NCBI GenBank assembly: GCA_030601675.1 | Contig: JAUWBN010000001.1 | Location: 11,027 to 75,026 of the forward strand | Direction of reading: 5' to 3' | Length of the DNA: 64,000 nucleotides | DNA from: Hadesarchaea archaeon | Lineage (GTDB): Archaea; Hadarchaeota; Hadarchaeia; Hadarchaeales; Hadarchaeaceae | Shown: positions 48,532-58,240 of the stretch, in pieces | Position numbering within the stretch: the stretch's first letter is position 1 | How the letters are laid out: every line of letters starts with the position of its first letter | Program-made: the position numbers and the translations under genes | The notes under the pieces: generated by a model | Seen by the model: only the letters and a program-made list of their open reading frames with translations | The model's database searches: none | Told to the model about the DNA's origin: nothing

Positions 48532-49816
48532 CCGATTTCCTCTCCAGATCAGTTTTTATTTGATCCTCCACTACCCCGAGCACCCTCTGAAACGCTTCAT
48601 CCCCCCTCTTCTCGACCAAGAGACCGTACAAGGGGCGAACATCGAGTGGGTGGTTATATTTTATATCGCGGAGGTTCTCCTCGAGCATGCTCATCGCCAT
48701 CTCGTCTATGGGCAAGCGTCGCTCCCTCAACTCACGCAGGAGCTGCACCTTCTCCTCGAACCCGGGGGAGGCGAGGTCACCCTTGCTTATAGCGACCAAA
48801 GCCCTATCGGCGAACTCTTGGATGATCTCCCGCTCATCGAACTCGCTGCGCGACGCCTCCTTCGCGAGCGTTCCCATGAGCCTCAGCCTGATCAGGGGAA
48901 GCTTCTCCAAATTGCACTTGGGGCGCTCCAGCAGCTCCCGCGCCTTCGCCCTGACGGCCTCGTTCAGATGGGGGATCCCGACGCCGTCGAATTTCATCTC
49001 TTCGTAGTAAAAATCTCGCACGCTTGTGAGCTCGATGAATTTGTAGCTGAGCCCATCGCCGAGGTCGAGCATGTAGAACCCCTTGGGAACCTCGGCCTCG
49101 ACCTGAAGCAGCTGGGTGCGCTCGGTGCTCCCCGTGAAAAGCAGTGGTTTGCCGTGCGCGACGGCCTCGGCGTGGTAGTGGATGTGCCCGCATAGGTAAA
49201 GGTCAAATCCCTGCGGCAGGTCCGCGAGGTCGATCGTGGGGAACTCCTCCTTTGAGTACACGTACTGCCCCACGGATTGGTGTAGCATCAGGATGTTGAA
49301 CGCTCCCTCTACCGGCTTTGGGTTCCAAGCCGCGAGGACATTTTTCGCGTGCTGCTCGGGCACGTTGCTCATGCCGTGAATCGCTAGTTTTCCCCTTGGG
49401 GTATCGAAAATCAGCACGCTGTGGTGCAGGTGGATGAGGAGGCCGGCTGCTTCGAGCGCTTGTACGGGGTTAACGAATCCCCGGGTGCGCCGCTCATGAT
49501 TTCCATGCAAAGCCACCACGGGCGCCCCGCGGAGCGCGACTGGGGAGAACTCATCCTCGTCTTTGTCTATGGTGCGGTCGAGCTTGATCTCGCTCCGGCC
49601 TCGGGCCAGCGGGATCGAGAGAATGCGCATGGCTTGGGCCCAGACCTCTTGGCGGGGGGTTCGGGTGTCAAATACGTCGCCGAGCTCGAGGATGAGTTCC
49701 GCGCCGAGCTCAAGCGCTCGTTCGATGGACTCCTTGGCTTGGTCAAAAGAATCTCGTTCTCGTGCCGTCCCCCACTTCGTCCCCAAGTGATTATCGCCGA
49801 TGACAGCGATCTTCAT
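48515..49816 (-). CDS. mre11: DNA double-strand break repair nuclease Mre11
   Basis: Calcineurin-like phosphoesterase motifs (GDNHLG, GDVFD, GNHE, GHIH). Overlaps rad50 by 17 nt. Confidence 0.9.
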   Translation of the reverse strand: MKIAVIGDNHLGTKWGTARERDSFDQAKESIERALELGAELILELGDVFDTRTPRQEVWAQAMRILSIPLARGRSEIKLDRTIDKDEDEFSPVALRGAPVVALHGNHERRTRGFVNPVQALEAAGLLIHLHHSVLIFDTPRGKLAIHGMSNVPEQHAKNVLAAWNPKPVEGAFNILMLHQSVGQYVYSKEEFPTIDLADLPQGFDLYLCGHIHYHAEAVAHGKPLLFTGSTERTQLLQVEAEVPKGFYMLDLGDGLSYKFIELTSVRDFYYEEMKFDGVGIPHLNEAVRAKARELLERPKCNLEKLPLIRLRLMGTLAKEASRSEFDEREIIQEFADRALVAISKGDLASPGFEEKVQLLRELRERRLPIDEMAMSMLEENLRDIKYNHPLDVRPLYGLLVEKRGDEAFQRVLGVVEDQIKTDLERKSDDNPS

Positions 49817-50048
49817 CTAAAATCACCTTTTGGAAACACTGCTCCAGCCGGGAAGAATTGGGAATATTTTTGTAATCTGACATTTTTAGTCTTCATCTTG
49901 CCACTTCACGCTCGATTTGAAGGAACAAAGATAAAAACTTTCAGTGGAAACAGAGGTCGATTAAAAGTCGGTTTTCGGGAAAGAAACCGAACTCATTTCG
50001 TGGGGTTCTCGCTCCGAATTGTTTTAATCAAACCCGAACAAATGGTGC

Positions 50049-51281
50049 TTGGTGCCTCCTGTGTCCAAGTCTTGGGCCGATAAATACCAACCCAGCAAAC
50101 TCAAAGAAGTAGTTGGACAACCTCAAGCCCTCCGGGCAATGCTCGATTGGGCGGAAAGCTGGGAGAAGGGCAAACCGAAGAAACCAGCCCTCCTGCTCTA
50201 CGGGGCAGCGGGGACGGGGAAAACCATTGCCGCAGCTATTTTGGCTCAAGAGTTCGGGTGGGACCTGATCGCGCTCAACGCAAGCGACAAACGCACCTTT
50301 CAGGTGATCCAACAGGTCGCCGGCACGGCCGCGACGACGGGGACGCTCTTCGCGGGGGCCGGGGGCAAGCGGCTGATCGTGCTCGACGAAGCCGACAACG
50401 TCTACGGTGTCGCCGATCGAGGGGGGTATCGTGCAATCGCCCAGCTGCTCGAGGAAACCCGGAACCCACTCATGCTGATTGCCAACAACCAATACGCGAT
50501 ACCGTGGGAGATTCGGGGGGCTTGCTTAGCGATAAACTTCAGGCACCTGACCCAGGGCACCATCGCAAGCACGCTCGAGCGGATATGCCGCGCCGAGGGG
50601 ATCGAGGCCGAGCCGCAGGCGCTGAAAACCATAGCCGAGGGCGCACGGGGTGACCTGCGCTCGGCGATTAACGACCTTCAAACCATGGGGATGGGCAAGA
50701 AGCGCCTGACCGCCAAGGATGTCGTACTCTACCGGCGTGACCGGGAGGCGAGCGTATTCGATGTGCTGAAGCAGCTCGTCTACGCCAAGGGGGTCAAGGA
50801 AGCCCGGGAGCTGCTCTGGGCGCTCGACAAGGCCCCCGACGATGCGCTCGCGTGGATAGATGAGAATATCCCCCGGATGCTGACCGAACCCGCCGATCGG
50901 GCCCGGGCCTACGACGCCATCTCGCGGGCGGATATATTCTTGGGCCGCGCCCGGAGGAGGCAAGCCTACGGGCTTTGGAGGTACGCTAGTGACCTCATGA
51001 GCGCCGGGGTAGCACTCTCCCGGAAAGGCACCCTCAAATTCGTCCGCTTCCAGCCGCCGAGCTCCGGGGTTTACTTCGGCAGGACGCGAGCGGCGCGGGG
51101 CCTGCGCGATGGCGTGGCGAAGAAAGTTGCCTCCCACTGTCACACCTCCTCCCGGGTCGCGCGGAAACACTTCCTGCCCTACTTGGGATTAATTTTCAAC
51201 AACGACAGGAAGGCGGCTGCCCTGATAGCGGCTGAACTCGAACTGAGCGATGCCGAGGAGAAATACCTGAAATCGATGTGA
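50049..51281 (+). CDS. rfcL: Replication factor C large subunit
   Basis: WADKYQP start, Walker A GAAGTGKT, DEADN box. 410 aa. Confidence 0.85.
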   Translation: MVPPVSKSWADKYQPSKLKEVVGQPQALRAMLDWAESWEKGKPKKPALLLYGAAGTGKTIAAAILAQEFGWDLIALNASDKRTFQVIQQVAGTAATTGTLFAGAGGKRLIVLDEADNVYGVADRGGYRAIAQLLEETRNPLMLIANNQYAIPWEIRGACLAINFRHLTQGTIASTLERICRAEGIEAEPQALKTIAEGARGDLRSAINDLQTMGMGKKRLTAKDVVLYRRDREASVFDVLKQLVYAKGVKEARELLWALDKAPDDALAWIDENIPRMLTEPADRARAYDAISRADIFLGRARRRQAYGLWRYASDLMSAGVALSRKGTLKFVRFQPPSSGVYFGRTRAARGLRDGVAKKVASHCHTSSRVARKHFLPYLGLIFNNDRKAAALIAAELELSDAEEKYLKSM

Positions 51282-51301
51282 TGGGCCCGGGAGGATCATC
51301 C

Positions 51302-52438
51302 GTGAAGATAGTTGAAAAGCTTCGGCTCGGTAGGCTCGCGACTTTTGTCCCGAACAAAAGGCTTCCCGTCCACAATTGGTTTTACTTCAAGGAGGCTTTC
51401 TCGCGGGACCTCGTGCTCCTGCTTGCTGAAACTTGGGGGCTCGGCGAAGGCGATCTCGTCTTAGACCCATTCGTCGGGTGCGGAACAACGCCGCTCGCGT
51501 GCAAGCAACTTGGGGTAGATAGTATTGGTTACGATGTACATCCAATCATGTTGTTCGCCTCGCGCGTGAAGCTCAGGGATTACAACGCTGAAGAACTCAG
51601 GGAAGCAGTTCGAGGGCTGATGAAATCGAAGTTCGAGAGACCAGAGGTTGAGGTGCCGAGCTTCGTCGCGAGAGTTTTTCGGGAGCCCGTGCTCGATGAC
51701 ATCGCCTTCTTCAAGCGAAAAATCCTAGAGGTTGAAGACGAGGGGATTCGCGAATTTCTGTTGCTGGGGTTGATGAACGCGGCGATGAGATGCAGCTGGG
51801 CGCACAAGGATGGCGCAGCGATAAGGGTCGTCAAGAAACCAGTGCCGCCCCTCCGAAAGGCGCTCAAAAGACAACTCCTGAGGATGTGCGGCGATGTCGA
51901 GCGGTTCGAGAGGGAGGCCTCCAGGGTGACAATCGAGCACTGCGATGCGCGAAAGCTCAAGCTGGCCGACGAGAGCGTCAACGCCATCATAACCTCACCA
52001 CCCTACCTGAACAAGCGGGAGTACATCCACGCCTACCGAATCGAGCAGCAGTTGCTGGACCTAGGTGCTCCAGCTCAGGGACAACTCATCGGCGTGCGGG
52101 AGGAGGAAGCGGCGGAGGATTTTTCCGAGGTTGGGGAATTCGTCGAGGGTAAACCGCTCGAAGCGAAACTTTATTTCAATGACATGTTTGCAGCACTGCA
52201 GGAGCTTTACCGCGTTTGTAAGCCTGGAGCCAAAGTTGCCCTCGTCACGTCCGATGCCTGCTCCCCTGAGGGCGTGGTCGAGGTGTGCGTTCCGCTGAGC
52301 GAGCTGGCGGAACGGGCGGGTTTCAAAGCGAAGCGCATGCTGGTGGTGAACCGGCGTTTTTGTACGACGCCAGCGAGGAAGAAAGTTGGGGTCACGCAGG
52401 AGGGGCTGTTGCTCTGGGAAAAGCGAGCATCTAAATAA
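51302..52438 (+). CDS. N6-adenine/N4-cytosine-type SAM-dependent methyltransferase with atypical motif order
   Basis: Motif I DPFVGCGTT near the N-terminus and motif IV TSPPY about 170 aa later. GTG start with GGGAGGAT SD. Moderately reduced GC. Confidence 0.6.
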   Translation: MKIVEKLRLGRLATFVPNKRLPVHNWFYFKEAFSRDLVLLLAETWGLGEGDLVLDPFVGCGTTPLACKQLGVDSIGYDVHPIMLFASRVKLRDYNAEELREAVRGLMKSKFERPEVEVPSFVARVFREPVLDDIAFFKRKILEVEDEGIREFLLLGLMNAAMRCSWAHKDGAAIRVVKKPVPPLRKALKRQLLRMCGDVERFEREASRVTIEHCDARKLKLADESVNAIITSPPYLNKREYIHAYRIEQQLLDLGAPAQGQLIGVREEEAAEDFSEVGEFVEGKPLEAKLYFNDMFAALQELYRVCKPGAKVALVTSDACSPEGVVEVCVPLSELAERAGFKAKRMLVVNRRFCTTPARKKVGVTQEGLLLWEKRASK

Positions 52439-52482
52439 CAATATTTTTCAGATTATTGTGTACTCTAATGATAGGGGTTAAC

Positions 52483-55400
52483 ATGAACCAACAACCCGTC
52501 AGGTATTACCTCGATCCACGGCACCGCTTCGTCGTGGAGAACTACAACTGGGCCAAAGCGTTCTCCAATTTTTTCCCTGGGATTGGGGGCAAGTGGGGGA
52601 TTCCGATGTGGGTCTACTATGTCAGCAGGGGGCAGGGTATCTGCAGCATGGGCGTGAGGGATAAAGATCATGCGATTCTTGAATTCTACTCTTTTAACAA
52701 GGCTCTTCAGCTCGTGGGGCAACAGGGTTTCCGAACCTTCATAAAAATTGACGGCCACACGCTCTACGAACCCTTCCAAAGAAACGAGGGGAAAAGGATT
52801 AAACAGAAAATGATTGTCTCCTCCGAGGAGTTAGAAATCAACGAGCTCAACCCCGAACTCGGGATAGAAACAAATGTGCTCTATTTTCCCCTAGTCAGCC
52901 AGCCGGTAGCAGCCCTCGTGAGGGAATTGAGGATAAAGAACCTCAAAGCTCACCCTATCAAACTAGAGTTAATCGATGGCCTCCCACGAATCTTGCCTTA
53001 TGGCCTGAACCAGAGCCATGTCAAATTTATTGCTAGGCACATCGAGGCTATGATGAGCGTGGAGCAACTAAACGGCATCCCTCTTTTCCGCCTGAAACAA
53101 ACGCCAGGGGACATCTCCCAAGTTGGAAAGATCTCCGGGGACAATTTTTATCTAACCCTTCTTGGTAAGGAAAGCAAGATATTGAAGGGCCATTCCATTG
53201 TCGATCCGTGCATCGTCTTCGGTGAATCGGAGACCTATGATCATCCTTGGGTGTTTGAAAAGAACTCCGTCCAGGAGCTTCTGGCGATGAAACAGGTTCG
53301 GGAAAACAGAACTCCCTGCGCTTTCACTGCCATCTCCCTGAACTTGCCTGCAGGCGGGGAAATTACCCTGTACTCGCTGGTCGGCAATGCTCCCGATGAG
53401 AAAAAATTGCGCGCGCTTTTAAGATCCCTCGGGACAAGAGATTTCCTCCACCGCAAACGCGAGGAAAACAGGGAGATCATCAAGAGGATAAAAAACCATG
53501 CCTTCACCGTCTCGAGCTCCTTGGAGTTCGACCAATACTGCCAGCAGAATTTCCTGGATAATGTAATCCGGGGAGGCATGCCGCTGATATTCGACACGGC
53601 CGAGGGCAAGAGTGCTTTTTACCTTTACTCTAGACAGAACGGGGACTTGGAGCGAGATTATCACTACTTTGTTCTGGAACCTACTTACCTCTCCCAGGGA
53701 AACGGTCATTACCGCAGCGTCCTCCAAAACCGCCGAACTGACACTTGGTTCTTCCCGGAAGTGGAGGATCTGAACATAGTTACATTCCTCAACCTGCTCC
53801 AAACCGACGGCTACAACCCCCAGGAGGTCACCGGCCTAACTTACACCGCCAAGGATATCGCTGGGCTCAAAAAATGGTTGAAAAGCGTCGTCAAGGACGA
53901 AAGGTTATTCCATGAACTACTCGAGATGGTCAGCCGCCCGTTTACCCCCGGCGAATTCATCATGAAACTGGAGAAATGTCGAAAACCCAGAGATTACGAG
54001 AAGATCCCGAGAGAACTCCTGCTTTTCTGTAGGCGAAATGATGTCGGCGATTTACACGAAGGGTTCTGGGTGGACAACTGGACCTACAACCTCGACCTGA
54101 TCGATGATTTCTTGGCGATCTATCCGGAAAGACTTGAAGAACTCTTAATCGATCGCAAGACCTACATCTTTTACGATAACCCGGACATCGTCCTGCCTCG
54201 CGATAAAAAATACGTGCTAGTGGATGAACAAGTCCGGCAGTACCGTGCGGTAATCCGCGACCAAGAAAAACTCCAAATGATCAAGAGCCGCTCGGAGTAC
54301 CCTACCCGGGTGCGAACCAAACACGGCCGCGGCCGCATCTACCAAACCAACCTTCTGGTAAAGCTCCTCTCCATCGCGGCAAACCGAATCGCCACCATTG
54401 ACCCGCAAGGAATTGGAATGGAGATGGAGGCCGATAAACCGGGCTGGTGCGATTCCCTGAACGGGCTGCCCGGGCTTCTAGGATCATCCCTCTGTGAAAC
54501 CATAGAATTGGAGAGACTCTGCCGGTTCCTCCGAGAAAGCCTCGATGAAATCAAACTGGGAGATGATGCCCCGATCCTTCTCTACGAAGAATTGTATGAA
54601 TTAATAATCGGTTTAGGTAAGGCAATGAAAAAAAGATTGAACTCCAAATATCGTAAAAAGAGCTTGGCCTACTGGGAGGAGAGTAACCAGCTGAAAGAGC
54701 GTTATCGGGAAAAGACGAAGATGGGGATCAGCGGGCTGGAACGGAAAATGACCGTTACCGAGTTGAAGCTTTTCATAGATAATTGTCTGAAGCTTATCGG
54801 CGAGATTTTCAAGCCCGAAAACAGGGAAAAAATCTTGAGCAAAAACGGCACTCCTTACACCTATTTCATCAACGAGGTCTTGGGATACGAGCCGATCTGG
54901 AGGGACCGAAAGAAAAAGATACCCATGCTCAGCTCCTCTGGGAATCCTTTAGTTAATCCCAAAAAATTCCGCCAGAGACCTGTGGCCCTCTTCTTAGAAG
55001 GCCCGGTTCATCTGTTGAGGGTTCACAGGGAGCGGAACAAGCAAATTTACGACAGCGTTAAAAGAAGCCAGCTCTACGATCGGGAACTCGAGATGTATAA
55101 AAATTGTGAATCATTGGAAAAAGAATCATTTGAGATCGGAAGGATTCGTGCTTACGCTCGGGGATGGCTCGAGAACGAGTCTATCTACCTTCACATGGAA
55201 TACAAATGGCTTCTGGAGATGTTGCGGAGCGGCCTTTACCGGGAATTCTGCCAGGACATCAAAACTGCCCTAATCCCGTTCCTCAATCCGGAGATGTACG
55301 GGAGAAGCATCCTGGAAGGAGTGTCATTCATCGTCAGCAGCGCCTTTCCTGACGAGAAACTCCACGGCCGAGGATTTCAACCTCGCTTAAGTGGCGTCAC

Positions 55401-55803
55401 CTGTGAGATGCTCCACATCTGGACCATCATGGTGGCGGGTGAAACCCCGTTCTTCTTGGATGAGAAAGGACAACTCGCGATGAAACTTCGGCCCATTCTT
55501 CCTAACTGGCTTTTTACCCGGAAAAAAAGGACCTGCCGTTACTATGACGGGGGAGGAAAATCAAGGGAAGTGGTAATCCCAAAAAACGCCTTTGCATTCA
55601 AATTTATCGGGAAAACCCTAGTGGTCTACCACAACCAAAAGCGAAAAAACACCTTCGGCAAAGGTGGGGTGAAAGTCGTCTCTTACCGGCTGAAATATAA
55701 GGGCGGGAAGGAGAAGACCGTGACCGGGGATACCTTGGGAACCTTCTTGGCGCGGGATGTGCGTGAAGGCCGGGTGGAACGGATCGATGCTGTTCTCTCT
55801 TAA
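52483..55803 (+). CDS. Large (about 1100 aa) soluble hypothetical protein; weak resemblance to GH94-type glycoside phosphorylases
   Basis: No TM segments, no Walker A, no obvious nuclease motifs. GWCDSLNG (W-x-D) and an N-terminal W...FSN...G.GG.W segment faintly recall the GH94 catalytic and N-domain motifs. About 48% GC. AGGGGT SD before the ATG at 52483. Confidence 0.4.
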   Translation: MNQQPVRYYLDPRHRFVVENYNWAKAFSNFFPGIGGKWGIPMWVYYVSRGQGICSMGVRDKDHAILEFYSFNKALQLVGQQGFRTFIKIDGHTLYEPFQRNEGKRIKQKMIVSSEELEINELNPELGIETNVLYFPLVSQPVAALVRELRIKNLKAHPIKLELIDGLPRILPYGLNQSHVKFIARHIEAMMSVEQLNGIPLFRLKQTPGDISQVGKISGDNFYLTLLGKESKILKGHSIVDPCIVFGESETYDHPWVFEKNSVQELLAMKQVRENRTPCAFTAISLNLPAGGEITLYSLVGNAPDEKKLRALLRSLGTRDFLHRKREENREIIKRIKNHAFTVSSSLEFDQYCQQNFLDNVIRGGMPLIFDTAEGKSAFYLYSRQNGDLERDYHYFVLEPTYLSQGNGHYRSVLQNRRTDTWFFPEVEDLNIVTFLNLLQTDGYNPQEVTGLTYTAKDIAGLKKWLKSVVKDERLFHELLEMVSRPFTPGEFIMKLEKCRKPRDYEKIPRELLLFCRRNDVGDLHEGFWVDNWTYNLDLIDDFLAIYPERLEELLIDRKTYIFYDNPDIVLPRDKKYVLVDEQVRQYRAVIRDQEKLQMIKSRSEYPTRVRTKHGRGRIYQTNLLVKLLSIAANRIATIDPQGIGMEMEADKPGWCDSLNGLPGLLGSSLCETIELERLCRFLRESLDEIKLGDDAPILLYEELYELIIGLGKAMKKRLNSKYRKKSLAYWEESNQLKERYREKTKMGISGLERKMTVTELKLFIDNCLKLIGEIFKPENREKILSKNGTPYTYFINEVLGYEPIWRDRKKKIPMLSSSGNPLVNPKKFRQRPVALFLEGPVHLLRVHRERNKQIYDSVKRSQLYDRELEMYKNCESLEKESFEIGRIRAYARGWLENESIYLHMEYKWLLEMLRSGLYREFCQDIKTALIPFLNPEMYGRSILEGVSFIVSSAFPDEKLHGRGFQPRLSGVTCEMLHIWTIMVAGETPFFLDEKGQLAMKLRPILPNWLFTRKKRTCRYYDGGGKSREVVIPKNAFAFKFIGKTLVVYHNQKRKNTFGKGGVKVVSYRLKYKGGKEKTVTGDTLGTFLARDVREGRVERIDAVLS

Positions 55804-56618
55804 GATGTATTGGAAGCCGACAATTTTTTGAGGAGTAGGCGCACCATCGCCTCGTAGCCCGAGTGCTCACGACCCCTTAGGTACTTGATGAATTTCGAAA
55901 CTGCGCGCGCGTCGGGCCTGAGCGCGACTGAGGGATATCGGACGCTCACCAAGATCAGCCCCTCCGCCGGCGCTGGCCGCATCGCTTGCTTTGCCTGCCC
56001 CTCAAGCATCCGTTCGAACTCGTCCAAGCTGAGCTTGCCCGTCCCCACGGCGAGCAGCGCCCCCACCATCCGCCGCACCTGTTGCCAGAGGAAGGCCCGG
56101 GCGATGAAATCGAAGCTGAGGATTTTCTGCCCGCGAACGTTCGCCTGTTCGAGCTCCCCGATGGTCGACCGCCCCCACTCGTGCTTGCAGAGGTGCTTGA
56201 AATCGTGGACGCCCTCGAGCAACCTCGCGGCTTGGCGGGCGAGGAGCAGGTCGAAGCCTGGGGGCGCCTCGCAAATGTAGCGATAGTGTTTGCTTTGCGC
56301 TTGGGTGCGGGGGTTGAAATCAGGTTTAACCTCGGCGGCTGTTAGCACCGCGATGTTTCGGGGCAGGGCGGCGTTCAGCTCCCGCACGTTCGGCTCCCTG
56401 CGCACGTCCAATGCCACCACCTGACCAATAGCGCTCACGCCTCGGTCGGTACGCGCGGCCACCCGATATCGAGCCTCCTTTAACTTGCGATATAGCCCAC
56501 ACCGCTCGAAAGCCCTCAACAATTCAGCCTCGATGGTCGGTCGATTGGGTTGTCGGACGAAGCCGAAGTAACGCGAGCCATCATACGCTACGAGAAACGC
56601 GTACCTCACGGAGCGCAC
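55800..56618 (-). CDS. truA: tRNA pseudouridine synthase A (TruA/Pus10-unrelated TruA family)
   Basis: VAYDGSRYFGF start and catalytic RTDRGVSA motif. GTG start at 56618 overlaps the moaA 3' end by 38 nt in another frame. Confidence 0.8.
   Translation of the reverse strand: MRSVRYAFLVAYDGSRYFGFVRQPNRPTIEAELLRAFERCGLYRKLKEARYRVAARTDRGVSAIGQVVALDVRREPNVRELNAALPRNIAVLTAAEVKPDFNPRTQAQSKHYRYICEAPPGFDLLLARQAARLLEGVHDFKHLCKHEWGRSTIGELEQANVRGQKILSFDFIARAFLWQQVRRMVGALLAVGTGKLSLDEFERMLEGQAKQAMRPAPAEGLILVSVRYPSVALRPDARAVSKFIKYLRGREHSGYEAMVRLLLKKLSASNTS
55821..55830 (+). terminator. Oligo-T tract after the large hypothetical gene
   Basis: CAATTTTTTG lies about 20 nt after the stop codon, between convergent genes. 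Confidence 0.3.
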
Positions 56619-57516
56619 CTTTGAAATATGGCTCCCGCCGCGCGATGGCTTCGGCGAACGCCTTGCGGGCCCCCTCGAGGTCACCCGTACTGATGTGGGT
56701 GAGTAAGTCAACGAGGTTGTCGTTGCGCATCAGACATGGCTTGAGGTGGCCATCGGGGATCAGGCGCAGGCGGGTGCAGTGAGCGCAGAACTCCGAGTTG
56801 TGCATCGGCTTGACGACCTCAACCTCACCGCCCGGCAAGATGTATTTTCTGCGCGCCTGCATCGAGCGGCGGGTCCGAACCGCTACCGCCCGCTCCCGAA
56901 GGCTTTGCTCTACGTCGTCTAGGTCGCAGTGATAAATGGTAAAATTTTTTCCACCCACCTCGAGCAATTCGATGAGTTGCAAGATGATGCCACGCTTTGA
57001 TGCATAAGCGATCATTCGTTCGACCTCATGTTTGTTTATCCCTGCCAGCAGGACCATATTGAGCTTCACCGGCGCCAAGCCAGCGGCGAGGGCGGCATCG
57101 ATGCCCTCGAATACCTCATGTAGCAACTTCCTCCCTGTTATCCGTTTGTAAGTTGTCTCGTCAAGAGTGTCCAAGCTGATGTTAATGCGGTTGAGCCCAG
57201 CATCAGCGAGTTCAGCAGCAATTTTCGCAAGCAAGGTGCCGTTTGTAGTCATCGAAACTTCATCCATGCCAGCTGCTGTCACAGCTGTGACAATTTCTAT
57301 GATGTCCTTGCGCAGAAGTGGTTCGCCGCCCGTTAGCTTGACTTTGCGCATTCCAAACTCTTTTGCCAGCTGCACAATTTTCCCTATCTCCCCAGCGCTC
57401 ATTTGCCTTGAACCAGCGCTACAACCCTCGCGGTGGCAGTAAAAGCAGTTCAAGTTACACTCCTCGGTAACCGAAATCCTCAGACCAGTAACCGGCCTGC
57501 CGAATTTATCCCGCAC
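56581..57516 (-). CDS. moaA: GTP 3',8-cyclase MoaA (radical SAM)
   Basis: CNLNCFYCH radical-SAM motif and C-terminal GTP-binding Cys motif. Confidence 0.9.
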   Translation of the reverse strand: MRDKFGRPVTGLRISVTEECNLNCFYCHREGCSAGSRQMSAGEIGKIVQLAKEFGMRKVKLTGGEPLLRKDIIEIVTAVTAAGMDEVSMTTNGTLLAKIAAELADAGLNRINISLDTLDETTYKRITGRKLLHEVFEGIDAALAAGLAPVKLNMVLLAGINKHEVERMIAYASKRGIILQLIELLEVGGKNFTIYHCDLDDVEQSLRERAVAVRTRRSMQARRKYILPGGEVEVVKPMHNSEFCAHCTRLRLIPDGHLKPCLMRNDNLVDLLTHISTGDLEGARKAFAEAIARREPYFKGALREVRVSRSV

Positions 57517-58240
57517 GCTTTACCACCTTCAGCTCGATGCGCTCCCCCTTCGCACCCTTCAGCGAGGAGAGCATCCCAACGATTGCCCCAGCCATCATAT
57601 TCTGCATGAATGGATTCAGAAAGACTCGCCTCCCATCGACCGTTAAAGTGACTCGCTCCCGCAGGGTCGGGCAGCCATCCCCGCGCCTTTTGCCAGCGAG
57701 GACCGCGAGCGCGAACTCCCGGCAGCTCTTATATCCACAGTGCTCGCAATCGATCTCCGGCAGCACGGGCGGCACCCTTCGCTCAACCAAGTTGGTCAAC
57801 CCCTTCATCTGCTTGAGCTCGAACGCGGGCAGGCCAGCCTTTTTTGCCCCCACCGAAGCGATCGTGAATTCATCCGCCAGTTTACGCAGGTCCGCCCCGC
57901 TCCTCGCGGCCACAATTTTCGCCAAGTCCCCCGTCCCCTTGAACCCCTCGATGATTACGAAATCTGACCTCTCGAGTCCGTGGAGTACCTCCCCGAGCTT
58001 CGCCGCCCGCCGCTCGATGGTCGCCAGCTCCCGCGGCGCCAGGGACACCACGACTCTCGCACCGGCCCTCGCATGCCGCCACGTGTCCTTGTCCGGACGA
58101 TCGATGCTGAATCCTCGCTCCACCACGTGCTTGACCGTCGCAACGCGGTGACCGCGCTTTGAGAGCTCCCGCACAAGTCCTTCCACGATTTTGGTCTTCC
58201 CGGTCCCCCTGTATCCAACAACTGCCACCACCCTAACCAA
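57506..58240 (-). CDS. mobB: MobB-like molybdopterin-guanine dinucleotide biosynthesis adapter protein with Cys-rich C-terminal extension
   Basis: Walker A GYRGTGKT. C-terminal CEHCGYKSC...GDGCP four-Cys motif. TTG start behind GGAGGTG. Confidence 0.7.
   Translation of the reverse strand: MVRVVAVVGYRGTGKTKIVEGLVRELSKRGHRVATVKHVVERGFSIDRPDKDTWRHARAGARVVVSLAPRELATIERRAAKLGEVLHGLERSDFVIIEGFKGTGDLAKIVAARSGADLRKLADEFTIASVGAKKAGLPAFELKQMKGLTNLVERRVPPVLPEIDCEHCGYKSCREFALAVLAGKRRGDGCPTLRERVTLTVDGRRVFLNPFMQNMMAGAIVGMLSSLKGAKGERIELKVVKRAG

Noticed and set aside
45882-49816. HerA and NurA genes expected next to mre11-rad50
   Set aside because: They are not present. The flanking genes are a kinase-like ORF and rfcL, so the operon here is just mre11-rad50.
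52483-55803. Large protein as a classical restriction endonuclease, helicase or ATP-dependent defence effector
   Set aside because: It has no Walker A/B, no helicase motifs, and no convincing PD-(D/E)xK, HNH, PLD or GIY-YIG signatures. A defence role therefore remains only a contextual hypothesis.
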